Below the pieces are notes generated by a model, which was given only the letters and a program-made list of their open reading frames with translations, was not told where the DNA came from and searched no databases. This document shows, in pieces, positions 1 to 10,678 of a stretch of 64,000 bases of DNA; position 1 is the first letter of the stretch; each line of letters opens with the position of its first letter. Where the stretch lies: assembly GCA_046582655.1 (NCBI GenBank), contig JAYGDX010000016.1, positions 32,001-96,000 on the forward strand. Direction: 5' to 3'. The stretch comes from Candidatus Poribacteria bacterium. GTDB taxonomy: Bacteria; Poribacteria; WGA-4E; UBA9662. The translations under genes and the position numbers were made by a program.

Positions 1-738
1 AGGTTCCAAATACACCCGCCAGGCATTTACTGGTAATCCTCGCTGTGGTTGATCATAAATACGTGCCCAATCAGCTACAGTTGGTTCCGGTAAGTCCATG
101 TCTATATACCGTTCATAGTAGCAAGCGGGTGGCGTCAATGGCTGGTGGGGTTGATGGAAACTGAGTTTCAGAAAAAAGGGTAATGTTGGATCTCGTCGTT
201 CCAAAAAACGTATTGCATTATCAGCACACCAGTTGGTGAAATGGAATCTTTCTTCTAAATGGAACGGTCGCGCCGCGTACCCATTTGCGCTCATCCCGTG
301 TGCCAACCCAGCTCTCGGTTGCATAACACGCTCACTAATTAGAAAACGCTCATAGTCGTCCATAACTACATTCGGAGTTGGACTGTCCGCCCAATCTGCT
401 GAGTTAAAACCGTACAATTTTCGGCACGGATAGAGGTGCAATTTACCAACAAGATGGGTTTGATACCCGGATCTTGAGAGTTCGTCCGGCAACGTAGAGC
501 CATTAAGAATCGAATGATGGTTCATGAAAACACCATGGGAAGCAGCTTTCTGGCCAGTCATTAAAGTTCTACGAGCCGGAACACAAACCGGACAAGCGCT
601 GTATCCACGGCTAAATCGTATGCCGCTGGTAGCAATCTCGTCGAGGTAAGGCGTTTGCAAAACAGGATGCCCACTGATTCCCAGACAATCACCACGCTGT
701 TGATCCGTTACAATCAGCAAGATATTGGGTTGGCTCAT
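1..738 (-). CDS. Sulfatase (runs off the window edge)
   Basis: Manual translation from ATG at 738: MSQPNILLIVTDQQRGDCLG...TPYLDEIA...ACPVCVPARRTLMTG, with the CxPxR formylglycine signature. Not in the ORF track because it is truncated. Confidence 0.9.
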   Translation of the reverse strand, partial: MSQPNILLIVTDQQRGDCLGISGHPVLQTPYLDEIATSGIRFSRGYSACPVCVPARRTLMTGQKAASHGVFMNHHSILNGSTLPDELSRSGYQTHLVGKLHLYPCRKLYGFNSADWADSPTPNVVMDDYERFLISERVMQPRAGLAHGMSANGYAARPFHLEERFHFTNWCADNAIRFLERRDPTLPFFLKLSFHQPHQPLTPPACYYERYIDMDLPEPTVADWARIYDQPQRGLPVNAWRVYLEP

Positions 739-772
739 ATTTGTTCTCTCAATATACCCTCGTCAAAATAAT

Positions 773-2122
773 TTACGCGTTAAGTTCGCCTTCTTGGAAG
801 GATTGTTCCAACCAAGGATCTTCTGTTTTTTGGCGAAAGGTTATTACTTTCTTCCGCATGTCATCGATTACATCTGTCAACTGCGGATCGCTAATGAGAT
901 TTGTCGATTCTGCCGGATCATTTTGGATATCAAAAAGTGCTTCCCGATCCTGATGGAGAAACCCTTCTTCTGAACGTTGACCGAGCATATCAATGTTTGG
1001 ATCCTGACGTATAGCGGTCCAGGAAATTGACCGAAACAGATCGCTGGGTAAAGGTGTAGTGAGTTGGTAAGCTAGATTCCGAACGTACTTGTAGCGTCGA
1101 CCACGTAGAACACGATACGGGTAATAATTTGTTACTTCGTGGAAGCAGTGTGAGAAGAACGTTTCCTCCCACTCTCCAGCACCTGGACAGTCGGATTCAT
1201 CTTCCAATATTGGCAAGATTGATTTCCCGTATAGGGCTGCTGATCCATCTGGATGATCGGTATCACACCACTCAAGTATGGTTGGGCAAAAATCGACCCA
1301 ATTCATTAATGCTTGGCTTCGAATTCCACGTTTTTGTTGAGCTGGATTGCGTATGATCAAGGGGCAATGATGTCCACTATCAAAACTGGACGCTTTTGCG
1401 CCTGGGAAAGGCATAGCATGGTCAGTTGTTACAAAAACTAGCGTTTCGCCAGCGCGGCCTGATTGATCAAGCGCTTTCAAAACAGCGCCGACAACCTGGT
1501 CCCACCGAGACACGCTTTCGTAGTAATCAGCTAAATCCTCACGAATTGCGGGGATGTCGGGCAAAAAGTTGGGGACAATGATGTCAGATGGCTCATATCC
1601 AACTGGTTCTATGCCTGAATGTATTCGTTCATTTCCATACCCCTGGCCTGCACGGTGTGGATGCCCGCTACCGACATGCAGATAGAATGGTCGATCTGAA
1701 TGCTGCTCAAGGAATTCAAGGGATTTCTCCGCCATATCAGCCGGACTTCGTGCATTTACCTTCGGTTCGTAGTCGAACGGATAAACATTGGGTGGTTCCA
1801 CATGTTTTTTCCCGATACAGGCGGTTACGAATCCATTAGCTTTCAGGGTCTTGGGAATTGATTGCATGAACTCGTGCGTTCGAAACCCGTGAATCCCATG
1901 ACAATGACCATATTGACCGTGTGTATGACTATGTTGACCGGTAAGGATACAAGCTCGGCTGACTGCACAAGACGGACTGGTGCAAAAAGCGTAATCGAAA
2001 ACTATCCCTTCTTCAGCCAAAGCATCAATATTCGGTGTTTGGATCACCTCATTGCCATAACACCGCGCAATTCGACTCCAATCATCAGCAATCAGAAAAA
2101 GCACACTCTGTTTATCTCTCAT
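773..2122 (-). CDS. Sulfatase (sulfamidase/heparan N-sulfatase-like)
   Basis: LFLIADD, TPNIDALA, CAVSRACILTG, GKKHV, TDHAMPFPGAK motifs. Confidence 0.88.
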   Translation of the reverse strand: MRDKQSVLFLIADDWSRIARCYGNEVIQTPNIDALAEEGIVFDYAFCTSPSCAVSRACILTGQHSHTHGQYGHCHGIHGFRTHEFMQSIPKTLKANGFVTACIGKKHVEPPNVYPFDYEPKVNARSPADMAEKSLEFLEQHSDRPFYLHVGSGHPHRAGQGYGNERIHSGIEPVGYEPSDIIVPNFLPDIPAIREDLADYYESVSRWDQVVGAVLKALDQSGRAGETLVFVTTDHAMPFPGAKASSFDSGHHCPLIIRNPAQQKRGIRSQALMNWVDFCPTILEWCDTDHPDGSAALYGKSILPILEDESDCPGAGEWEETFFSHCFHEVTNYYPYRVLRGRRYKYVRNLAYQLTTPLPSDLFRSISWTAIRQDPNIDMLGQRSEEGFLHQDREALFDIQNDPAESTNLISDPQLTDVIDDMRKKVITFRQKTEDPWLEQSFQEGELNA

Positions 2123-2203
2123 CTAAAGATGTCTCTCCATTCTGATAAAGTTATGTTCTTATTTAGCATTTTTTTACCTGCTATCTTCTGGATAATTGAT
2201 GAC

Positions 2204-3835
2204 CTAATCCGGATTGTTAACCGTAAAGGTGAGACTTCTTTCCTCACTTTCCTTATAACCGATGCGGACAGCTTTCGTTCTTAGCGTTTTTGTGCCCTCT
2301 TGGAAACGTAACGGTTTTGTGTATAACCGCCATCGTGCCTGTTGATTTGCTTCCGTGGTGTAAGCGATGGAAGCACCCTGAGTCGCACAGTGAAGTTGTA
2401 TTATGGCAGGAGAGGTAAGCGTTTCATCTTCAGATGCTGTGTTCATGCCCAAATTTGAATTGGAGATGGGAATAAAGATTGGTGCCGCCGTTTGGGGTTG
2501 TACTCCGTTAGGCCACCATTGACGAACCATCTGTTCTTCGGGGATCTCTCCCATATCACCAAATTCAGCACGCCAATCATCTAGAGCTTTTCGCAACCGT
2601 TCAAGTGTTGATCTATATTCCGTATTCTTAGCAAGATTATCAATTTCATAGGGATCGTTTTCCAGATCATACAATTCTTCAACTGGTCGTGGGTGTTGAA
2701 ACATAACATTTTCTGACCCTTCCAGCTTGTCTTCTGCGTGCAATCGCCACATCTCTTGCATTGCCGGATGGCGGTTTCGATAGGGAATCCAAAGCAGGTA
2801 AGGTTTCTCAGGATAGAAATTCCGAATGTATTTGTAGCGTTTATCCCGTGTAGCACGAACCATATCATAAGATTCGTCATATCGATCCCGCGTTGCAAAC
2901 ACATATTCTCTTTCGGTTGCTTCTGAGCCGAGGAAGGGCTGGCCCTGTAGATGTGAAGGTAAGTCTATTCCAGACAACGAAAGTACGGTTGGACCTAGAT
3001 CTACTAAACTTATGAGATTTTCTGATACGCTGTCAGCCGTTAATTCTCCTGGCCATCGAACAATCAACGGAATACGAATGCCGGCATCGTAAGTCCACCG
3101 TTTTCCGCGGGGTAACCCTTCCCCATGATCACTCCACAAAAACACGATTGTATTTTCGACCAGTCCGTCCTCTTCCAATTCTCCGAGAATCTGACCGACT
3201 CGCTGATCTGCCAGCGTCAGGTTGTCGTAATGGCGTGCTAGAGCTTGGCGTGTTTTAGGCGTATCTGGCAAGTACGGCGGTAATGTCACTTGATCCGGGT
3301 CGGTAGGATCATCAACAGGAGGCCGATTATTTGGCCACATACCGCTTTCGTGAGTTACTGTTGGATTAAAGACCGAAAAGAAGGGAGAACCACCAGAGCG
3401 ATTTCGCCAATGTGCCTGATTGTTACACTCATCCCAAGCCGTAAAAGGGGATATAAATTGGTAATCCGTCTTTTGGTTGTTTGTACAATAGTATCCGGTC
3501 GCTCGCAGGTATTCGGTAAACGTTTTGACGTGTGGTGGAGGAACAGCGGAATATGGAGTTGGCATCTCAGGAGTATGTTGATTGGTGTGTGCTGTTCGCA
3601 TGTGGTGTGTACCGATAGAGGTTTGATACATGCCAGTAATGATTGCTGATCGACTGGGTGCGCAAACTCCAGCGGTTGAAAATGCATTTGGATACCTCCT
3701 ACCCTCTGCTGCCAGACGATCAATATTTGGTGTCCGCGCAATTCGATCTCCATAACAGCCAAATCGTGGACTGGTATCTTCTAACGAAATCCATAGGATG
3801 TTTGGTTGGTCCAATTCCTGTTTTCTGAAACTCAT
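2204..3835 (-). CDS. Sulfatase with C-terminal chitobiase/FN3-associated domain
   Basis: PNILWISLED, CAPSRSAIITG, SDHG; C-terminal CATQGASIAYT...KAVRIGYKES. Confidence 0.9.
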   Translation of the reverse strand: MSFRKQELDQPNILWISLEDTSPRFGCYGDRIARTPNIDRLAAEGRRYPNAFSTAGVCAPSRSAIITGMYQTSIGTHHMRTAHTNQHTPEMPTPYSAVPPPHVKTFTEYLRATGYYCTNNQKTDYQFISPFTAWDECNNQAHWRNRSGGSPFFSVFNPTVTHESGMWPNNRPPVDDPTDPDQVTLPPYLPDTPKTRQALARHYDNLTLADQRVGQILGELEEDGLVENTIVFLWSDHGEGLPRGKRWTYDAGIRIPLIVRWPGELTADSVSENLISLVDLGPTVLSLSGIDLPSHLQGQPFLGSEATEREYVFATRDRYDESYDMVRATRDKRYKYIRNFYPEKPYLLWIPYRNRHPAMQEMWRLHAEDKLEGSENVMFQHPRPVEELYDLENDPYEIDNLAKNTEYRSTLERLRKALDDWRAEFGDMGEIPEEQMVRQWWPNGVQPQTAAPIFIPISNSNLGMNTASEDETLTSPAIIQLHCATQGASIAYTTEANQQARWRLYTKPLRFQEGTKTLRTKAVRIGYKESEERSLTFTVNNPD

Positions 3836-3867
3836 AATTTCCTTCTCTCGTCTGGAACTTGTAAATA

Positions 3868-4992
3868 TTATCTTGGAGTAAGTAATAACCCTTCTGTATT
3901 CAAAAACTCTGAAATCACTTTTGCTACTTTTTTATGTGCTAAAGGTTTGGGATGACAAAGATCGAAGAACAGCAATTCTCCAACCATTGTGTTCCAGTGA
4001 CGAAAACTCAGTAGCAAATTAAGAAAGGGGATAGATCTACTTTGGCAGATCGTGGACAGATGTTGCTGTGGTTCATCTGCAGATAGGAAATCCGATTCCA
4101 CTTGAACGCTAACCGGAAAACAGACAACCGCTAAAGGACAACCAGCCGATTGTGTGACTTCCTGCATTTCTTGAATATACCGATTAATCGCTATCCACGA
4201 TTCCGGTTTCCAAGCCACTCCCCAATCCAGGTCAGCGGACTCGATAAGTTGCCTCATTTCACCTTGATTCGTTACCCATTCTCGTTTTGCAAATGTGTTG
4301 ATCCAACGGAACCGGCTTGATGCATTCGGCTTCATGACACCGAATTTAATTAATACTTTTTTAGCAATAATTTTTGTTAAAGGCACCAAATTGGCAATTT
4401 GGCGAAAAGTGTACCTTCGATGAAACCATGTCGGTTTTGATTCATTGGGAAATCCGCCAATAGGCCGGGCATCATTGAGGTAAAAACCGAGAAGTACAAG
4501 ATCTGGTTGAAAATTTAGACCAACCTGTTTTAGGAGTTTTAACTCTTCCTGTAACCCTAGATCTTCAATACCGATGTTGATGACTTCATAATTTCTGTTT
4601 GGGTGTTGCGTCCTAAGAATGGTTTCAAGCTGTTTGACATAAGTTTCATTTAACTCTACACCCCATCCAAAAGTAATTGAGTCTCCAAGAGCAACAATCC
4701 GAAACGTGCCTTCCTGTTTCTCAAAAGGTATTTCCCTATCACGCCAACCCAGAGAGTTAATCTGTATTGTTATCTCTTTGCCATTTTCTACGAATTGTTT
4801 TTTGCAGACAACCCCCGGGATCAAATACCGTTCTTGGGTTTTCTGATCAATTCTGAAATAGGCTTTTGAAGAGCGTATAAATCGATAAACAGAGTAACCA
4901 ACTTCAATTATCAGGAGAGTCAGAAGGATTGCTCCTACAGACAGCAATAAATTAGTGAAGTTCCGTTTGAAGAAGCTAGTAATTCGAGTCAA
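3868..4992 (-). CDS. SGNH/GDSL hydrolase with N-terminal membrane anchor
   Basis: INSLGWRD, ALGDSITFGWG, FYLND and DLCHP blocks; hydrophobic N-terminus. Confidence 0.85.
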   Translation of the reverse strand: MTRITSFFKRNFTNLLLSVGAILLTLLIIEVGYSVYRFIRSSKAYFRIDQKTQERYLIPGVVCKKQFVENGKEITIQINSLGWRDREIPFEKQEGTFRIVALGDSITFGWGVELNETYVKQLETILRTQHPNRNYEVINIGIEDLGLQEELKLLKQVGLNFQPDLVLLGFYLNDARPIGGFPNESKPTWFHRRYTFRQIANLVPLTKIIAKKVLIKFGVMKPNASSRFRWINTFAKREWVTNQGEMRQLIESADLDWGVAWKPESWIAINRYIQEMQEVTQSAGCPLAVVCFPVSVQVESDFLSADEPQQHLSTICQSRSIPFLNLLLSFRHWNTMVGELLFFDLCHPKPLAHKKVAKVISEFLNTEGLLLTPR

Positions 4993-5029
4993 AAAACTTC
5001 CTCTGCTTTATCTCCGTCATAGCAGCATA

Positions 5030-5713
5030 TCATCTTAAAATTGATTGGCAAGAAGCAATAAACTCGGTTGAGGAGGATGTGTACCCAACAATATGTTCGA
5101 AATTCCGCAACATAATTTTCCGTAACCAGCCTTTCTCAGGTAAAGTTTCGTCCACTGTATCCGGATACTCGGCAGAATGGGTGCAGTCTCGTAACATAAT
5201 GACTCGATAATTAAGTTCCACAGCACCTGCCAGCGTTTGGTACAAACATGCTCTCTGACTGAACCCGACAGCAATCAAGGTTTTGATGTCATAACACCGT
5301 AGATGATAATCAACATGAGTTTGATGAAATCCGGACCATTCCCGTTTTGGGAAATCAGGTTCATGCAGTAACGGTTGGATAGACGGAGAGTAATTGGGTT
5401 GATGAGGTTTCCGCAATGGCGGAGGACGATCTTTGGCGTCGGAAGTCCCCCAGCGTGTGCCGTGAATTTCTCGTTTAATACTGCCAGGCTCATCAACCAG
5501 CGAAAAATCGTTATGGATGAAGATAACACGCATCTTGACCTTGCGAGCATTAGCCAATGCCGGTGCAATTCCTTCCTCCACATATGTATTGCCACTACCG
5601 CAATCACTATCTACAATCATGAAAGCAGTCTGCCCAATTTCTATCTCGAGGGTCTTATATTCCGTGGTGTTGCTGTACCAACGAACAGGAAGTTTTAATG
5701 TACTCATAAACAT
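5030..5713 (-). CDS. Isochorismatase-family cysteine hydrolase
   Basis: TAFMIVD, PKREWSGF, VGFSQRACLYQT, VIMLRDCT (D-K-C triad). Confidence 0.75.
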   Translation of the reverse strand: MFMSTLKLPVRWYSNTTEYKTLEIEIGQTAFMIVDSDCGSGNTYVEEGIAPALANARKVKMRVIFIHNDFSLVDEPGSIKREIHGTRWGTSDAKDRPPPLRKPHQPNYSPSIQPLLHEPDFPKREWSGFHQTHVDYHLRCYDIKTLIAVGFSQRACLYQTLAGAVELNYRVIMLRDCTHSAEYPDTVDETLPEKGWLRKIMLRNFEHIVGYTSSSTEFIASCQSILR

Positions 5714-5737
5714 TGTCCAGCAGCTTGATCAAAAGAC

Positions 5738-7075
5738 CTAGTAACTTGACGGTTTTGGGGTGGCAGGTGGCCAATATCCATTTGGGGCTTCGTCCCACAC
5801 AGTGCCACACAATCGGGAAATTACACACCATTCTGCTGACGTTAGATGTGCATGATTATGAAATAGAAACCGCTTAAGTCCGACTTCCTTAGAAGCTTTG
5901 AGAATCCTGGACAGGTCGCCCGACGTCATGGGATCACCACCATGCGGCATTCGACCGGTATCTACCCAAGGAACCACCTTCTCTGGACAACTGACGGCAG
6001 CCAGTGCTCGCTCAGTTTCCAGCTTAACCGTTTCACCAAAGAAAGCTGGCGGGAATCCGAGATCCATATCAGCTAAAGATTGTACTTCTGGTAGATCTAT
6101 ACCCAACCAAGCCTTTACAATCGTAAAGCATTCCTGTTCGCTCAAGTCAGGATTCCATTCATGAACTTGTGATATCCATCTAGCCACAGTCCCATACATA
6201 CCGTCAAAACCCCGGTGCCAGAAGTAATGTTTAACCAGTAAAATATCTACGATCTTATCCCAAGCGGAAAAATCAAGCGCAGTCATCCCGGAAAAGACGG
6301 CTGAGCGCGGACTATTGCCCAGTAGGAGTTGACGGGGGAGTTTATCTAGTTCTCTTCGGAATGCTTCGCCTGTTTCGATGCTGTCTTTTCGTCTCCATCG
6401 AAGCCAGTAGACAGCATCTTCATTAATATCAAACAGATTCATTTCAGATAATACGCCGTGATGACCGTAGTAACGGACTTGAGAGGATGTAAAACTCTGG
6501 AACCGCTGACGAAGGTGCTGCATTCCTCTTTCCAGCTTGACGGGATCATAACCTCTGATGGATGCTGTTTTCTTGGTGGCATCGGAAATATCGGCAAAAA
6601 CCGCATTCCCATGATGCTTAACGAGTTCATAGGCCGATTCTGTCCAACCGTCCATGATGCCGCCATCCACTTGCGGAAATGCGCTGAACACTTCAGCCCA
6701 CATGGTTGCAGTGGATATTGCACCATAGGGATCTTCTTCTAATGAAAGCGGTTTTGCTCCTGTTGCCCCGCTTCCGGGAGCAAAAATGAAAATTGTCCAA
6801 CCCCGTTTTTTGGCATTGTCCAACATGGTATGGAGCAATTTTTCTTTAGTCGAATCGGTTTGGGCTTGACGCTCGTTGGGAACTAGTCCACGGTCACGGT
6901 AGACTTGCGGATTGGAGGCGAAGGCGGGAATAGTGAATTGGCCTTGCGAATCCGCAAATAACGTGCGTCCAAAGACGAAACCGCGAACTCCACCGTCTTC
7001 CCAAGCATCGAAAATGCGTTCATAGTCGTTAATCACTGGTTCAAGTGGCTGGCCAATACGCATCCAAGCTTGCAT
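5738..7075 (-). CDS. Hypothetical protein (~445 aa)
   Basis: Long ORF in an operon; ATG at 7075 follows AGGAAA and avoids overlap with the upstream gene. Confidence 0.75.
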   Translation of the reverse strand: MQAWMRIGQPLEPVINDYERIFDAWEDGGVRGFVFGRTLFADSQGQFTIPAFASNPQVYRDRGLVPNERQAQTDSTKEKLLHTMLDNAKKRGWTIFIFAPGSGATGAKPLSLEEDPYGAISTATMWAEVFSAFPQVDGGIMDGWTESAYELVKHHGNAVFADISDATKKTASIRGYDPVKLERGMQHLRQRFQSFTSSQVRYYGHHGVLSEMNLFDINEDAVYWLRWRRKDSIETGEAFRRELDKLPRQLLLGNSPRSAVFSGMTALDFSAWDKIVDILLVKHYFWHRGFDGMYGTVARWISQVHEWNPDLSEQECFTIVKAWLGIDLPEVQSLADMDLGFPPAFFGETVKLETERALAAVSCPEKVVPWVDTGRMPHGGDPMTSGDLSRILKASKEVGLKRFLFHNHAHLTSAEWCVISRLCGTVWDEAPNGYWPPATPKPSSY

Positions 7076-7103
7076 TTGGTTGACTTTCCTAAATGTTATT
7101 TGA

Positions 7104-8219
7104 TTACATACACAATATTTCAATCATCTGTTGATACACTTTAACTGCTTCAAACAGTTGACTAATTTCAATGTACTCGCCAACCGTGTGCGCCTGCTCG
7201 ATATTACCAGGGCCAAGGACGACCAATTGTAGAGAATCTTGGAACGAAAAGGCATCGGTTCCGAACGGTACCGTACTCGGTTTGGATATCCCTGTTGCTT
7301 TGAGTCCAGTTTGAACAATTTCAGTTTCAGGCGAGATATAGAACGGTTGACCTTGACTCGATGTCACTTCAAAATTATACTTCTCTGCCTTTTCCGTTAC
7401 CATGGCAATTACGTCTTGGCTTCTATCATCCGGCATCGGTCTGAAACCAAGGGTGCAGACGGTTTTGGCGGCTGTAACGTTAGGTTTGCATCCACCGTCG
7501 TCTAGAATCATATTAAACCCGTTAGTTGGTGGATCAAATTCGTGATTCATAAATGACTTATCGGTCTTGCATAGTTCGGCCACTTCGACCATTTCAGCTA
7601 AGAAAGGTGCAATCAGAAAATTAGCTGAAATTCCCTGATCGGTGCTGGTATGAGCTGATCTGCCATAGGCGGTAACGACAATTCGTGCGCCACCCTTATG
7701 AGCATATACGGGGGTTAACTGGGTGGGTTCGGCAATCACACCATGCGCAGGCCGAAAAGAATTGAAAAGTACCGATTCCTCGGCAACTTGACGGGCGCCC
7801 ATACCGGAAATTTCTTCGTCGGCAGTGATGACGATAAAAAGCGGTTTTCCTAATTGGGACGAATTAACTGATGCACCTGCCACAATGGTAGCGGCTAAAG
7901 GTCCCTTCATATCGCAACTGCCACGACCAATAAGGCGATCATCTTCAATCGCAGGCGAGAACGCATCCCAAGCCCATTCGTCGCCGGGCACTGTATCCGA
8001 ATGGGAGAAAAGCCCAAAACCACCTTTCCCCTCTCCCTTTTTGGCGACTAAACTGACTTTAGATTCGCCGCTCTGATCGATAAATTGCAAACGCTCGACC
8101 TCAAACTCGCACTTCTTTAACGTTTCTTCTAGAAGATCAGAAACCGTAGCGTTACTTTGATGACTAACAGAGCTAATTGACACAATATCTTTGGTTAGTT
8201 GAATTACATCTAGTTTCAT
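7104..8219 (-). CDS. M20 metallopeptidase, acetylornithine deacetylase (ArgE)-like
   Basis: SHSDTVP, GRGSCDMKG, ADEE, IAEPT, GTDA, GPGNIEQAHT motifs. Confidence 0.85.
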   Translation of the reverse strand: MKLDVIQLTKDIVSISSVSHQSNATVSDLLEETLKKCEFEVERLQFIDQSGESKVSLVAKKGEGKGGFGLFSHSDTVPGDEWAWDAFSPAIEDDRLIGRGSCDMKGPLAATIVAGASVNSSQLGKPLFIVITADEEISGMGARQVAEESVLFNSFRPAHGVIAEPTQLTPVYAHKGGARIVVTAYGRSAHTSTDQGISANFLIAPFLAEMVEVAELCKTDKSFMNHEFDPPTNGFNMILDDGGCKPNVTAAKTVCTLGFRPMPDDRSQDVIAMVTEKAEKYNFEVTSSQGQPFYISPETEIVQTGLKATGISKPSTVPFGTDAFSFQDSLQLVVLGPGNIEQAHTVGEYIEISQLFEAVKVYQQMIEILCM

Positions 8220-8988
8220 TAACAATTAACTCCCATCTAAAAATAATATGTGTATTCCGTTTACACGCTTGAATCCGTTTCCAACCGTTAAGTTTTGCAC
8301 ATGATTGGATAGATTCATTGAACTCTGGCCGTAGTCAGAGGAGCAATCTCTAAACAGGTCTTCCGCTCAACTTCTTCAGCCAGTGTTTCTTTCATGCATT
8401 TTCCAACTTCGTCCAAAACGTTCCCAATAAATACGCGTTCAGGTTGCGATGAACCAATGGGGGACTGTCATCAACGAGAACCATGATTGGTATGCTTGTC
8501 TGCTTAGATGGCTTCTCAGCAAATATCATTGACCGAGTAAAATGCAACTTCAGCTTATCACGAACTACCTGTGCTGTCAACGCCAAAGCATCTTCATGGT
8601 ACTGGTGTGATGTCCATGATTAGCAGGATGAATGTTTGGCCCTAAACTTGGGGAAACGTCCTGGTTCAAATCAATGAGTTTGCAGTGAAACAGAATATAG
8701 CTTTGAACCCAGTTGACATTGGTTTCTTCAGTTTGAATTACGTGGTATCTCTAGGCTTTTCCCAAATTCTGTCCAGAAATTGTTTCAGGGATTTAGCCAA
8801 TCCTAAACACCTTAAAATTTTTGTTAGATTGCTCTTACTTAGGTTATAATATTTGCTCAAATCAAGCGTTATACTTTCGAATAAAAGCGACTGTGATTCG
8901 ACTATAAATCCACCAAGATATCATCAGGTTCATCATATCAATTTTTATTAATTGCCACTCAGAAAAATGACTTTAGGCCAGCATAATA

Positions 8989-10623
8989 ATGAATAAAAAA
9001 CACGCGCAGATGATGTTTGATTATCATCAAGCAACCAAACATAATTTTAACCGATTTGCCCGATCCTTAGGCTATCTGGACTGGGACAATCAGCCGAATC
9101 CTTTTCGCTTTTATGAGGAAACAAAAAGAATTCGTTTGCCTGGGGTTGTAGAGAACTCCTTTATACCTTACAATAAGTTATACCAATCCCAAAAAGAAAG
9201 CCATCCTTTTAATCTGAAAAGTCTGGGCAACTTTCTAGGGTTATCACTTGGTTTATCAGCTTGGAAATCCACCGGCCAAAGTTCATGGTCATTGCGTATC
9301 AACCCGTCAAGCGGTAATCTTCACCCGACGGAAGCTTACTTGGTAACGCCTTCAATCGATGATCTTGATGCGGGTGTCTATCATTATGTTTCTTATGATC
9401 ATTGTTTGGAATTAAGAGCACAAACGCCATTGACTGTATGGCAGGATTTGGATACTCACTTCGGGACTCAAGGCTTTTTAATTGGGTTAACCAGTATCTT
9501 CTGGCGAGAGTCATGGAAATACGGTGAGCGTGCGTTTCGTTACTGTAATCACGATGTTGGACACGCTTTGGCATGTCTCAGTTTCTCTGCCAATCTTCAG
9601 GGATGGAGATCAATTTACCTGAATACGCTGTCTGATCAACACATATCAGATTTACTGGGATTTCATCAGATAGAATGGTTGCCTAACGAAGAGGAACACA
9701 CCGATCTAGTTTGTTTCGTGGGCGTTACCAATTCCAGTAACGATATTCCACGAAGTATTCCTGGTTCAACTGTTCAAACTGTGGCTGAACTTGAATTCCA
9801 AGGGAGACCCAATCAGCTGAGTAAACAGCATATGAAATGGCATCTTATAGATGAGGTTGGGGAAAGCGCAAAAAAACCAGGGACACCGCCTAAAACTTAT
9901 ATGTATGATGTAAGTCCGCTTCGATTTCCTGATTCACTTCCGAACCTATCTGCCACGCAAATTATTCAGCAACGGCGAAGTGCGGTAGATATGGACGGCG
10001 TCACTTCTATATCTATGGATCAATTCTTTTGTATGTTGGATAAGACCTTGCCTAGATGCCGCCATTCGCCTTTCAATGTTGAACTGGGGGATCCGAATGT
10101 ACATTTAATGTTATTTGTTCATCGGGTTGATGGAATAGTACCTGGGGTTTACTTTTTTGTTCGCAACCATAGAGACTTATCTGAACTCAGGGCTTTATGT
10201 AAGCCCGATTTTCTCTGGAAGCCGTTAGATAATACGTTCCCATTATTTCTCTTAAAGGAAGTTGATTGCCGGCGTGAAGCCGTATTGGTTAGTTGTCAGC
10301 AGAATATTGCTGGGGATAGCGCTTTCTCTTTAGGGATGATTGCCCGATTCAAGGACACAATTCAGAACTCTCCCTATTTGTATCGTCACCTGTTTTGGGA
10401 AACAGGACAGATAGGCCAAGTGCTCTATCTAGAGGCAGAAGCTCATGGTATTCGTTCTACCGGAATTGGCTGCTTCTTTGATGATCCAGTTCATGATATG
10501 TTAGGATTATCAGATAGCTCCTACCAATCCTTATACCACTTTACTGTTGGTGGAGCGACCGAAGATGAGCGTCTGACTATGCTGTCTCCTTATTACCATT
10601 TGGATTCGTCGCTCAAATCGTGA
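8989..10623 (+). CDS. SagB/ThcOx-family tandem nitroreductase-domain protein
   Basis: YHQATKH, LDWDNQPNPFR, LRINPSSGNLHPTE, WKYGERAFRYC, QRRSA, GIGCFFDD. Confidence 0.85.
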   Translation: MNKKHAQMMFDYHQATKHNFNRFARSLGYLDWDNQPNPFRFYEETKRIRLPGVVENSFIPYNKLYQSQKESHPFNLKSLGNFLGLSLGLSAWKSTGQSSWSLRINPSSGNLHPTEAYLVTPSIDDLDAGVYHYVSYDHCLELRAQTPLTVWQDLDTHFGTQGFLIGLTSIFWRESWKYGERAFRYCNHDVGHALACLSFSANLQGWRSIYLNTLSDQHISDLLGFHQIEWLPNEEEHTDLVCFVGVTNSSNDIPRSIPGSTVQTVAELEFQGRPNQLSKQHMKWHLIDEVGESAKKPGTPPKTYMYDVSPLRFPDSLPNLSATQIIQQRRSAVDMDGVTSISMDQFFCMLDKTLPRCRHSPFNVELGDPNVHLMLFVHRVDGIVPGVYFFVRNHRDLSELRALCKPDFLWKPLDNTFPLFLLKEVDCRREAVLVSCQQNIAGDSAFSLGMIARFKDTIQNSPYLYRHLFWETGQIGQVLYLEAEAHGIRSTGIGCFFDDPVHDMLGLSDSSYQSLYHFTVGGATEDERLTMLSPYYHLDSSLKS

Positions 10624-10678
10624 TATCAGATGAATCATCCGAGTATTTTGAGCTTAGGGTGAAATTACCTTTAAGTCT

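Noticed and set aside
8230..8760. Short minus-strand ORF fragments upstream of the M20 gene
   Set aside because: Possibly a gene remnant, but no family could be identified.
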